Assembly (NCBI GenBank): GCA_021738535.1
Contig: JAIPBU010000014.1
Span: 12,411-76,410 of the forward strand
DNA from: Bacteroidales bacterium
GTDB lineage: Bacteria; Bacteroidota; Bacteroidia; Bacteroidales; VadinHA17
Direction of reading: 5' to 3'
Length of the DNA stretch: 64,000 nucleotides
Below, in pieces: positions 55,319-64,000 of the stretch. A model generated the notes under the pieces. That model was given only the letters and a program-made list of their open reading frames with translations. It did not search any database and was not told the origin of the DNA. The position numbers and the translations under genes are program-made. Numbering within the stretch: position 1 is the first letter of the stretch; every line of letters starts with the position of its first letter.

Positions 55319-58083
55319 CTATGCGACAGTTTCTGCACCGTTCTGCGCGTTCCGTTCGTTATCTCGATAATATATATCCCTTGTTGATTATTGAATGGTA
55401 GCTGAATTGTTTCACCAGTGTACATTTCTTGTTCCGGGTGCTTTGAAACCAATCTTCCCGTAAGGTCATAAACATTAACAGTAGCCTTTCCACTCCATTC
55501 ATCAGACATATTCTGGATATTCAGCTGACCTGAAAATGTGTACATGTTAAAGTCATTATCTTCAGCAATATCATCAAAACCTGTAGCCATTCCTCCGATA
55601 GTAATAAGGAACCTGTCATCAAAAGTACCCTTGTCCGAGGTGAAGTTATAATCGGGCACTGCTTTGAGGTCTACGGTATAATTATTCTGGTAAGTATCTG
55701 TCAGGTAGATATCATAATTCTCAACGCCCTGTATCTCAGTGGCTGAAATTGTATAATTACCCTGCTCCATAGCTTTGAATCCGAGCGATATTTCTTTTTC
55801 AGCATCAGGGAAATTTATACCGTTTATAGAATATTTCTCATTTCCTATATAAGAATAGATCTGGGGATAAACGAGGCTTTTTGACAGTATTTTTGAAGCA
55901 TCATATTTGGAATCAAATTCATCGCTAGCATTATAATCAAATCTTACTACCATTTCATCAGTGTTGCCGGCTGCGTTAACAGCTTCCAGTCTTACAAGAG
56001 GGATAATAGACTTACCTTTATACCTGGCCTGTGTTCCGTGGACATTAACATTGGCACCTGTAAAGTCTATAGATTCACCATTATTAATTGTCCTCACAAA
56101 AAATCCCTGGAGGGGAGGTATTATGTTTGATCCACCATTGGTTGACACCTCATTGACATACGATGCAATAGTGTTTTCCGTAGTCATGTATATGGCATTA
56201 CGAACATTCTCTCCATCAGAGAATGTGACCTCATCCCAGTCGATTGAGCAGGAGAGGGAATTCCCCAGTAGGTTTAAGCCATATAAGCTGTTGGGATCAG
56301 ATCCTCCTGATGAGTTTTGTAATGTAACCTCTCCAAGGTTACGGGACAAAGCGTCTGCAGGATATTCAATAGTTATATCAGTGCTGTGATAGAAATTATA
56401 CCCCCTGGCAAATTCAAGAGTAGGCCATGAATCAGCTGGGACCTCTTTACTTCCATCCCATCCATCATGCCAGTGCCAGCCTTCGTTTACTGAAGTTGAT
56501 ACCCTGGAGTCATCATATCTTAAAAGGTTATTTGGTTCAATATCAGTAATAACACTCTTATTCATAGTACCATTTGGGGCAGCAATATAATGCCACATAT
56601 TGCCCGGGGAGGTTCCTCCTTTAAGAAATAATTCTATTGTAAGGTCTCCTGAGCCCGAATATGCAGTAGAATTTGTTAGTATTACGGAGTATATATCATT
56701 TTCATCTGACTCAAATATTACATTCCCTGAATTACTTAATGTTCCTGCAGTAAGTTGAGCGCCGGGTTCAATTATAAGATATTTATCAGTGTTAACAGTG
56801 ACAGTTGAAGAGACATCTGGATAGTTTGTAGCAACTTTAGGGATTATAACATCGCCGGTACCGGTCGGAGGAGTAACACCATCCTCCCAGTTGCCTGATG
56901 TTGACCAGCCTGTACCGCTTGCGCCTGTCCACCTGCTGTATTGTACTTCATAGGCTCCAATGTCGGCTGTATGAATACGTGGTTCTCCATCATAATCGGA
57001 TGAAGGAGCATCAGTGTCAGATCCTGCATCACGACAGGGAGAGATAAATGCTATTGACCAGTCGTCAGAGGCAGGATCTGTAAAATTTGGTCCATCAGAG
57101 GCTGAATTGGAGGAATTTAAATCAAAGCAATTTGTATATGTCGATGAATAGCTACCTTCTATAGCACAGTTAATAAAGTCCGAACTAGATACTGGTTGAC
57201 TAAAGTAAGAAATTGAGCTTGAGCTGTTACCCCATACTATGCAATTTCTAAATGAAGGTCTTAAACTGTTATCATTATCATAAAATCTTATGTCGTTGCC
57301 AATATTATTTGTTGCATCATTACTAATAATAGTTGAATTTACAACTACAACATCATAAGTATTATTTCCTAAAAAGATACCTCCTCCACCTCCACTACCT
57401 GTAGCTTCATTATTATTGATTATACAATTCCTGATAACTGAATTAACTTCTTCCCAACAATATATTCCACCACCACCAGTAATGGCAGTATTATTGGAGA
57501 TTATGCAATTATCAATTGTCGGATTGTGTGTCTTATTTACAAAAATCCCTCCACCCCATCCTGCAGTATTATTGGATATTTCACAATTACTAATGGTTAC
57601 ATCACTAAAATCTATATGAATCCCTCCACCGTATCTGTCTGGATTATCAGTGCTGTTTCCATCAACGTTACCGTATTCAATTTTGCAATGATCAAAGATT
57701 GATGAGCTTGCAGAGCCCATATTTTGAAAAGATATATGTCCCCAATGATCATTTCCGCTTGCTTTTGTAAATGTTATCTCATTTGATAATGATGCATCAG
57801 CAGTGATTCTTCCCGTTCCGGTAATGATCAGATCAGAAGTAGTTTGAGTAAAAACAATGGTTGTGTTTGCGCCAATTGTTAAATGGCCTCCATCATCAAT
57901 TGTAAGATCTTCATTGCCTCCACTTTGTCCAATATATATTGTAGTTGTAGCCTCACTGGAATTCCAGGATACACTACTGCTAATTGTACCATAATAAGGA
58001 TCACCACTGGTTCCGCTACCACTCTGTCCATAGGATACTATCCCAACAGAAAATAATAAAACAAGGATATATATCTTCTTCAT
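55315..58083 (-). CDS. T9SS type-A-sorted surface protein with a right-handed beta-helix region
   Basis: Signal peptide MKKIYILVLLFSVGIVSYG|Q; N.A..GGGI repeats; SPCRDAG..D...R...DIGAYE; CTD VYDLTGR...GIYII...KL. Confidence 0.85.
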   Translation of the reverse strand: MKKIYILVLLFSVGIVSYGQSGSGTSGDPYYGTISSSVSWNSSEATTTIYIGQSGGNEDLTIDDGGHLTIGANTTIVFTQTTSDLIITGTGRITADASLSNEITFTKASGNDHWGHISFQNMGSASSSIFDHCKIEYGNVDGNSTDNPDRYGGGIHIDFSDVTISNCEISNNTAGWGGGIFVNKTHNPTIDNCIISNNTAITGGGGIYCWEEVNSVIRNCIINNNEATGSGGGGGIFLGNNTYDVVVVNSTIISNDATNNIGNDIRFYDNDNSLRPSFRNCIVWGNSSSSISYFSQPVSSSDFINCAIEGSYSSTYTNCFDLNSSNSASDGPNFTDPASDDWSIAFISPCRDAGSDTDAPSSDYDGEPRIHTADIGAYEVQYSRWTGASGTGWSTSGNWEDGVTPPTGTGDVIIPKVATNYPDVSSTVTVNTDKYLIIEPGAQLTAGTLSNSGNVIFESDENDIYSVILTNSTAYSGSGDLTIELFLKGGTSPGNMWHYIAAPNGTMNKSVITDIEPNNLLRYDDSRVSTSVNEGWHWHDGWDGSKEVPADSWPTLEFARGYNFYHSTDITIEYPADALSRNLGEVTLQNSSGGSDPNSLYGLNLLGNSLSCSIDWDEVTFSDGENVRNAIYMTTENTIASYVNEVSTNGGSNIIPPLQGFFVRTINNGESIDFTGANVNVHGTQARYKGKSIIPLVRLEAVNAAGNTDEMVVRFDYNASDEFDSKYDASKILSKSLVYPQIYSYIGNEKYSINGINFPDAEKEISLGFKAMEQGNYTISATEIQGVENYDIYLTDTYQNNYTVDLKAVPDYNFTSDKGTFDDRFLITIGGMATGFDDIAEDNDFNMYTFSGQLNIQNMSDEWSGKATVNVYDLTGRLVSKHPEQEMYTGETIQLPFNNQQGIYIIEITNGTRRTVQKLSHR

Positions 58084-58294
58084 CACTTCAGGTTTTAATT
58101 TAATAGGCTTTAGGTGCAAGCTTAAAGACTATTGATTCACTGAATAGGTTGCACATAAAGCTGTTCTATATGCAGGTATACATTTTACCTAATATAGTCT
58201 TAAACAAATGTAGGTGAAATTGGTTAAAAATCAAATGAAAATTTGATGGAACGCTGATTAGGAGGGATGAACTTTGATAATAGTTGGTGAAATT

Positions 58295-58404
58295 AGGCTG
58301 AGGCTCCCTCCTTCGCTACCGCCTTCGTTGAAACTACGGTGGTCGGAGAAAGCTTCGGACTCCGTCCGACGTAGCGGACTTCGTCCGACAGAGTCGGAGG
58401 GCGG
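58295..58404 (-). repeat. 110-bp nested palindromic element, copy 2, within an (a/g)aggct hexamer array
   Basis: Reverse complement of 2727-2836; followed by aaggct x3. Confidence 0.95.
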
Positions 58405-58547
58405 AGAAGGCTAAGGCTAAGGCTAAGGAAGGGGGTCTTGCTCATAGAGAATCAACTTATTCTTTGAATCAGGCGTTAATGGCAGCACAGAAGCAGGGCC
58501 GGTATGCCGAAGCGGGTACTTTTGTAGAAATTTTAATCTTTAATGAG

Positions 58548-58630
58548 GTTGCGTAGGCATACTTGTTGCGAGGGCTAAAGCCCGAGCAATTGGGCTTTTT
58601 ACCAAAATATCTTTCTCTGGTAAAAAGACC
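58548..58630 (+). ncRNA. Candidate structured motif, copy C
   Basis: ttgttgc-GA-gggc taaa gccc-GA-gcaat...gg.tttttacca...tggtaaaaa.acc. Confidence 0.3.
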
Positions 58631-58707
58631 TCGGCCCTGCGTCCTTTCTTTTCCTTCCTTTTTTTTAACCAGCAGGATCTTATAAATCTGGCAGAAATAG
58701 AAGGAAT

Positions 58708-58852
58708 GACTAAGCGAAGAATGACTAAGCGACTAAGGGACCAAAAGACGAAGCGACAGTTTAATACAAAAAATCGCCTGTCTCTTAGTCACTGCGTCTC
58801 TTAGTCACTGCGTCTCTTAGTCGCTGCGTCTCCAGGTCTCTCAGTCTCTGCG
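58708..58852. repeat. Inverted octamer arms with no gene between them (gactaagc ... tcttagtc/actgcgtc)
   Basis: Left arm 58708-58759 ends gacag; 18-nt spacer; right arm starts ctgtc at 58778 and continues with eight in-phase octamers. Confidence 0.9.
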
Positions 58853-58970
58853 GAAGGTTAGTTTTTATAGGCGGAAGAGGAGGTGCAAGAATCACCGTTT
58901 CTGTCATTTTCGTAAATTTGTATAGTGTGTGATAAGGAGGGAAGAAGAAAATTATTTAAAAGTGGCGCTT

Positions 58971-59714
58971 ATGAAAAACCGTATAATAATCCTGGTGATA
59001 ATAATAATGATTCCTTCTTTTGCAAGCGCACAACTATGGAAACTGAGAAGGTATGAGATTACAGCAGGGATTGGAACAACACAGTTTTTTGGTGATATAG
59101 GTGGGTTTTCGAAAGGAGAGAACCTGCTGGGATTTAAAGATATTACGATAAAACAAACCCGCTTTAATGTTAATGCAGGTTTTAAATACAGAGTCCATGA
59201 ACGTATTTCATTGAAACTGAATATGGCAATGGGAAATTTCCATTCCACCGATGAAAGGGGTAGTAATATAGAACGTGGATTCGATTCCAGAACATTATTC
59301 TTTGAACCTTCATTTATTGGAGAATTCTATATTCTGAAAAACAGAGGTGAAGAGAGCTATCTTCTTATGAAGAACGGGGAAAACTCATCACTGGATCTTT
59401 TATCTCTGATCGACATATACTTCTTCGGGGGCTTTGGCGGATTGTCGTATTCGGTTAAACCCAACGACCTGCTGGAGCCAAGAATGACCAAAGAAAAGGG
59501 CTTTACACCTGTAATACCTGCAGGAGTGGGAGCAAACTTTATCTTCTCGGGGGAGTATAACTTTGGGGTGGAATTCACCGGCAGATACACCTTCTCTGAC
59601 CATATAGATGGTTATACCTCCGAGTACAGCAAGTCAAATGATCTGTATTATTTCCTGGTCTTTACTTTCACCTATAAGCTCAAAACAGGCGATAACGGAT
59701 GGCCGAAGTTCTGA
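58971..59714 (+). CDS. Outer-membrane beta-barrel protein (DUF6089/porin-like)
   Basis: Signal peptide ending ASA|Q, G...FFGDIGG, alternating beta-strands, RYTFSD..DG...NDLYYF; TAAATTTG promoter element at 58913. Confidence 0.75.
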   Translation: MKNRIIILVIIIMIPSFASAQLWKLRRYEITAGIGTTQFFGDIGGFSKGENLLGFKDITIKQTRFNVNAGFKYRVHERISLKLNMAMGNFHSTDERGSNIERGFDSRTLFFEPSFIGEFYILKNRGEESYLLMKNGENSSLDLLSLIDIYFFGGFGGLSYSVKPNDLLEPRMTKEKGFTPVIPAGVGANFIFSGEYNFGVEFTGRYTFSDHIDGYTSEYSKSNDLYYFLVFTFTYKLKTGDNGWPKF

Positions 59715-59731
59715 GGCATGCTGGCGCAAGC

Positions 59732-59815
59732 GTAACTGGGCGATATTCGATCGCCGTAATTTACCGTGCTTGCGCACGGTGTAACTTGCCTCTCGCGGAG
59801 CTCGAGGCGTAATTT
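59732..59815 (+). repeat. Mini-array: gtaaYt repeats separated by three different hairpins
   Basis: gtaaYt at 59732, 59756, 59781 and 59809; spacer stems ggcgat/atcgcc, accgtgc/gcacggt, gcctc/gaggc. Confidence 0.8.
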
Positions 59816-59870
59816 AACCCATAAGGCGGGCTGTTATAGGAAGAATATATAGAGCAGAAAAAAATAAATA

Positions 59871-60962
59871 TTAATTCAGATGTTTATCAATGGTGGTTTT
59901 AATCGCGTAATTGTCTTTTTCCCAGCAGATTCTACCAAGAATAATTGCTGGATTAATACTATATTTTTTACTAAAACTGATTATTTGTTGATCATCCAGA
60001 TTGGTTAGGGAATCAAGCTCGTTCCATTGACTTTGGGATATAAGGTTAGTTTGTGCAAATTCATCGGCTTCTTTTTCGATATTAATTGTTTTAGAAGCGA
60101 CTTTGGATTCAAGGTCAATGAACTCAATCGTCTTGTCTTTATTTAAATGTTTAAATATATGACCGAGTTCATGAAATATAGTGAAAGCAAAATTATCAAT
60201 CCTTTTATGTCTGAGCGTTAAGGCTATTGCCGGATTACTTGAGGTCCAAAATGAATATCCATCAATAGGTGTTTTTTCAAATTTTTTTAAGAAAATTAGT
60301 TTTATACCATGTTTTGCTAAAACATTCTTGGTTTTACTCCTTACATTAATGTTTTCATAAAATATGTTATGTAGTTCATCTTTTAATTGCAGAAAATTTT
60401 TCGGGTTAAAGTCAGAGACATTTTCCTTTTCTGCCTGCCATGAAGCAAGTTTAGTCCAACCATAAACATTGACCTTGTTTATTTGTAGCTTTTCTGATTT
60501 CCTGAAGAATGCTGCAGACTTATATTTAGCAAAGTCATTAACAATATCGTCTATGGAGTTTGCTCTATATATCTGCTTAATATTATCTATATCTTTTACT
60601 ATATCATCTGATAGTACACCTTCTTTGCGATAGAATTTTACCGGAACATATTGCTTAATTATCTTCCAATATTCATGGTTTTGAGCCTTAATAATATTTC
60701 TTTCCTTAATTCGGGCAAGGTCAATCTCATACTGAGTTTGGTAATTCATCCAGAAATCCGCCGGAATATCCAGTGCTTTTTCTAATAATATGGAAATATC
60801 TGCAGTTATTGACCTTTTCCCTTTGAGGATCTCATTTAGCATAGTAGGTTTCATACTAATTTCAAAAGCGAAATCTCTCTGTTTAATTCCTCTTTCTGCC
60901 AGTTCATCCCGTAAAACCATGCCCGGGTGGATTGCTTTATGTGGTATTATATTTTGACTCAT
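59871..60962 (-). CDS. higA: HigA-family antitoxin fused to an ImmA/IrrE metallopeptidase domain
   Basis: HPGMVLRDEL...Xre HTH...FWMNYQ; IDNFAFTIFHELGH; E.EAD. Confidence 0.88.
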   Translation of the reverse strand: MSQNIIPHKAIHPGMVLRDELAERGIKQRDFAFEISMKPTMLNEILKGKRSITADISILLEKALDIPADFWMNYQTQYEIDLARIKERNIIKAQNHEYWKIIKQYVPVKFYRKEGVLSDDIVKDIDNIKQIYRANSIDDIVNDFAKYKSAAFFRKSEKLQINKVNVYGWTKLASWQAEKENVSDFNPKNFLQLKDELHNIFYENINVRSKTKNVLAKHGIKLIFLKKFEKTPIDGYSFWTSSNPAIALTLRHKRIDNFAFTIFHELGHIFKHLNKDKTIEFIDLESKVASKTINIEKEADEFAQTNLISQSQWNELDSLTNLDDQQIISFSKKYSINPAIILGRICWEKDNYAIKTTIDKHLN

Positions 60963-60975
60963 AGTAGATAGTTCT

Positions 60976-61299
60976 TTATTTCTTATAGTGATTACTTAAA
61001 TCTAACAAAGAACAAATGGTAATAATGTTTGGACTTTCTCCTTCGATGGATGTTTTGAACTCAAGCCTGTATTGATCATTAACCCAAACGGCTTCAATAT
61101 CCTTTAATTTACCGCATTTTTTTTCATAGTGTAGACTCTTGATTTGATATAAGGTCTCTATGTTTGGAGCTGCCTTTAAAATATTAACAGTTTTGATGTA
61201 TTGCTTAACAACCTGCGGTTGGAAACTATATTTCTTTTTTTTGGCTTTCCCAACCGTAAATAGTTCAAGTAGATAATCTTTTTTAAAAACAACCCTCAT
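60976..61299 (-). CDS. higB: HigB-family (RelE/ParE) toxin
   Basis: L...KSLHYEK..G......VWVNDQYRLEF...LSNHY; toxin-first gene order. Confidence 0.85.
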   Translation of the reverse strand: MRVVFKKDYLLELFTVGKAKKKKYSFQPQVVKQYIKTVNILKAAPNIETLYQIKSLHYEKKCGKLKDIEAVWVNDQYRLEFKTSIEGESPNIITICSLLDLSNHYKK

Positions 61300-61312
61300 T
61301 AGAATTACTATG

Positions 61313-61354
61313 CAAATATATCAAAATTTAAATAAATTCACTAATAAAGTGAAT
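61313..61354 (-). promoter_or_regulatory. higBA promoter -7 element and palindromic operator
   Basis: TATATTTG on the minus strand (61313-20); attcact-aataa-agtgaat palindrome at 61336-61354. Confidence 0.65.
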
Positions 61355-61545
61355 AAAAATACTAAAGCCAAGTCAGTTTACCTCACAAGAAGATTTTATA
61401 TTAACAATATTAATTGATATAATTCAAAATTATTATTGTATTGCATCCCGAATATACAACAAATTGATGATAAATCTATGAAAGAATGAATATAGCTATA
61501 TAGTTAAAATTAGAAGTAACTCTCAGTCGCTAAGCCACCCCGCTA

Positions 61546-61652
61546 CCTGGCCCCTCGCTAAATTTGCCCACCGGGCAAATTGCTCGCTCCCACCAGCCAC
61601 AATCACAAGCCGCTCGCGAGCTCACTTCGTTCGGTTATTAACGCTCGGTCCT
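61546..61652 (+). repeat. 52-bp palindromic element, copy 2, with a 55-bp insert, embedded in an octamer array
   Basis: Matches 2898-2949 except for one substitution and the insert at 61582-61636. Confidence 0.9.
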
Positions 61653-61657
61653 GTCTC

Positions 61658-63073
61658 TCAGTCTCTGAGTCCCTTAGTCTCTGCGTCGCTGCGTCCCAGA
61701 TCGGATTCTATGATCTCAACAAGCTTCTCAACAGCTTCTTCCTGTGGGACGTTCTTGAGTACTGCCTGTTTGCCCTTGTAGATATGTACCTTGCCGTTGG
61801 CGCCGCCGATGTAGCCGTAATCAGCGTCTGCCATCTCGCCGGGTCCGTTCACTATGCAGCCCATGATGGCTATCTTGAGTCCTTTCAGGTGGGAGGTGGC
61901 TTTTTTGACTTCTGCAACGGCTGCAGAGAGATCAAATTTTGTTCTTCCGCATGTGGGGCAGGAAATATAGTCGTTGCGGGTCATCTTTATGCGGGCTGCC
62001 TGGAGGATGCCGTCTTGTATAGACTGCACCTTTTGGGCGGGGATGTTGGGGGCGTCTATCCGGAGGTCTGTGGCCTGGCGGGTAATTAGCTCGATAGATG
62101 AGTCTACTGTTGCCTGGATGGTTAGCTTTTCTAGATCGTTGGTGGGGTAGTTGAGGTGAAGGGGTTTAGGGGGTTGAGTGGTTGAGGAGTTTAGGGGTTT
62201 AGGGGTTGAGTGGTTTAGGGGTTTAGGGGTTGAGAGTGAGTTGAGAATGAGTTGGGCGACGGGGATTTCGTTTTCGGGGGGTTCGGAGAGGGAGACGCGG
62301 ATGGTGTCGCCGATGCCTTCGCGCAGGAGGGCGCCGATGCCGAGGGCGGAGCGGATGCGGCCGTCCTCGCCTTCGCCGGCCTCGGTGACTCCCAGGTGGA
62401 GCGGGTAGGCGTAACCTTCCTCCTGCATCATCCTGACAAGCAGCTTTGTGGCTTCTATCATGATGAGGCTGTTGGATGATTTCATGGACAGCACGAGCCT
62501 GTGAAAATTCTCTGAGGCCATGATCCTGATGAACTCCATGGCTGAGACGGCCATGCCCTCCGGGGTGTTGCCGTAGCGGGTCATGATACGGTCGGACAGC
62601 GAGCCGTGGTTGACGCCTATGCGTATGGCCGTGCCGTTAGCGATGCACTTATTGACCAGGGGCAGGATGCGTGCATGTACGCGTTCCAGTTCCTCGTTGT
62701 ACTCCTTTTCAGTCATATCTACCCTGCTGAAGGTGGCACGTTTGTCTACGTAGTTACCGGGGTTGATGCGCACCTTGGCGACGATGCCTGCAGCAAACTC
62801 GGCTACGGCGGGATTGAAATGCACATCGGCGATAAGGGGAGTGTCGAAGCCCGCCTTCCATACTTCCTTTTTTATGATAGCCAGGGCCTCGGCCTCGCGG
62901 ATGCCCTGGGTTGTGAGCCGGACCATGTCGGCGCCGGCCTCGATTATACGTATGACCTGGTCCACGCTGTCTTTTACGTTGAGCGTATCAGTGTTGGTCA
63001 TTGACTGGAGTCGGACCGGAGCATCGCCGCCGAGAGTTAGTTTGCCGATATTTACCTGGTTTGATGTGTACAT
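61658..63073 (-). CDS. ispG: (E)-4-hydroxy-3-methylbut-2-enyl-diphosphate synthase
   Basis: VRLQSMTNT, ADVHF, RINPGN, RIGVNHGSLS, PLHLGVTEAG, GIGDTIRVSL, CPTCGRT, MGCIVNGPGE. Confidence 0.96.
   Translation of the reverse strand: MYTSNQVNIGKLTLGGDAPVRLQSMTNTDTLNVKDSVDQVIRIIEAGADMVRLTTQGIREAEALAIIKKEVWKAGFDTPLIADVHFNPAVAEFAAGIVAKVRINPGNYVDKRATFSRVDMTEKEYNEELERVHARILPLVNKCIANGTAIRIGVNHGSLSDRIMTRYGNTPEGMAVSAMEFIRIMASENFHRLVLSMKSSNSLIMIEATKLLVRMMQEEGYAYPLHLGVTEAGEGEDGRIRSALGIGALLREGIGDTIRVSLSEPPENEIPVAQLILNSLSTPKPLNHSTPKPLNSSTTQPPKPLHLNYPTNDLEKLTIQATVDSSIELITRQATDLRIDAPNIPAQKVQSIQDGILQAARIKMTRNDYISCPTCGRTKFDLSAAVAEVKKATSHLKGLKIAIMGCIVNGPGEMADADYGYIGGANGKVHIYKGKQAVLKNVPQEEAVEKLVEIIESDLGRSDAETKGLRD
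62161..62254 (+). repeat. Telomere-like octamer array (ggggttta/ggggttga) plus 11-mer units, in-frame inside ispG
   Basis: Encodes QLILNSLSTPKPLNHSTPKPLNSSTTQPPKPL. Confidence 0.9.
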
Positions 63074-63077
63074 GGGC

Positions 63078-63989
63078 TCAGCTTGTTAGATCGCGGAACA
63101 CCTCTTCGAGGCTTTGTTCTTTTATCTGCATTGACAGGACGGTAAAGCCGTTATCCACTGCAAAGCGGAATATTTTTGGGCGTATATCCTCATAAGCAGG
63201 AGTTTCAAGCAGCAAGGTATTCCCATCGAGGTGACGGATACCGATTATACCCTCAACGTTCTGAAGCATTAGCTCGTCGACCCGTATATCGAACTCGACC
63301 AGGACAGTGGCTGTTTCTTTGGTGGCACGGGAGAAGATACTCTCTTTATCCTCATCGGCCCGGATAGAACCTTTATCAATGATAATGATACGATCGCATA
63401 CAGCTTCGACCTCCTGCATGATATGAGTAGAGAGCATAACAGTTTTTTCCTTACCGGCCCGGGAGATGAGGTTTCTTATTTCGACTATCTGGTTGGGATC
63501 GAGTCCGCTCGTTGGTTCATCCAGTATAAGCACCCCCGGGTCATGTATAAGGGCCTGTGCGAGTCCGACCCGCTGTCGGTATCCTTTAGACAGGGCGCCT
63601 ATGTGTTTATGTTGTTCCGGTCCGAGACCTGTTTGATTGATAATATCGTTTATTCTTTTGTTTGTCTGTTTACCCAGTTTATACAGGCCGGCTATATACC
63701 CGAGGTATTCTTTGACGTACATTTCGGGGTAGAGGGGGTTGTTTTCCGGGAGGTATCCTATTTGTTTTCTTACATCGATGGGTTGTTCAGCCACGTTGAT
63801 ATTGTTTACCAGTGCGTGTCCGTGGTCGGGAGCTATATACCCGGTGATTATGCGCATCATGGTTGATTTACCTGCGCCGTTGGGGCCGAGGAAGCCGACA
63901 ATTTCGCCGGTATTAACGCTGAAGGACACGTTATCGAGGGCTTTTTGGGGGCCGTAGAGTTTGGTGACGGTGTTTACTGTTATGGACAT
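63078..63989 (-). CDS. gldA: Gliding-motility-associated ABC transporter ATP-binding protein
   Basis: GPNGAGKST, GYLPENNPLY, LSKGYRQRVGLAQA, LDEPTSGLDP, SLEEVFR.LT. Confidence 0.8.
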   Translation of the reverse strand: MSITVNTVTKLYGPQKALDNVSFSVNTGEIVGFLGPNGAGKSTMMRIITGYIAPDHGHALVNNINVAEQPIDVRKQIGYLPENNPLYPEMYVKEYLGYIAGLYKLGKQTNKRINDIINQTGLGPEQHKHIGALSKGYRQRVGLAQALIHDPGVLILDEPTSGLDPNQIVEIRNLISRAGKEKTVMLSTHIMQEVEAVCDRIIIIDKGSIRADEDKESIFSRATKETATVLVEFDIRVDELMLQNVEGIIGIRHLDGNTLLLETPAYEDIRPKIFRFAVDNGFTVLSMQIKEQSLEEVFRDLTS

Positions 63990-64000
63990 GATGCAAAAGT

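Noticed and set aside
2727-58404. 55-kb invertible segment or composite transposon bounded by the 110-bp inverted copies
   Set aside because: No recombinase or transposase, dnaG lies inside, and the element looks like a dispersed REP-type repeat
1-64000. tRNA or rRNA genes, including a 23S rRNA host for the IVS-type proteins
   Set aside because: No rRNA or tRNA-like sequence was recognised; all four genes lie between protein-coding genes

Overview
Bacteroidota (Bacteroidales/Marinilabiliales-like) chromosomal window, judged from the T9SS sorting domains, UpxY, gldA and TAnnTTTG promoters. Contents in order: toxin-antitoxin remnants and an AAA_14 ATPase; dnaG; wecB; an AbiE islet with a truncated toxin; a ~27 kb AT-rich Wzx/Wzy capsule/EPS locus (upxY, wza, wzc, aminotransferases, WbqC, sulfotransferases, glycosyltransferases); a ~5400-aa T9SS type-B surface protein with 24 tandem ~93-aa repeats; a second ATPase; a T9SS type-A beta-helix protein; a beta-barrel; higBA; ispG; gldA. 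The most unusual signal involves four four-helix-bundle genes (TIGR02436/PF05635, 23S-IVS-protein, Avd-like). Each is bracketed by short-unit (7, 8 or 10-11 nt) degenerate tandem arrays whose unit differs from copy to copy. In three cases the two arrays are reverse complements (G-rich arm, gene, C-rich arm). The same array families also occur as empty arm pairs, truncate genes, are stacked in-frame inside CDSs (ispG, upxY, a deacetylase-like gene) and host nested palindromic elements. All of this was read by eye; no searches were run.
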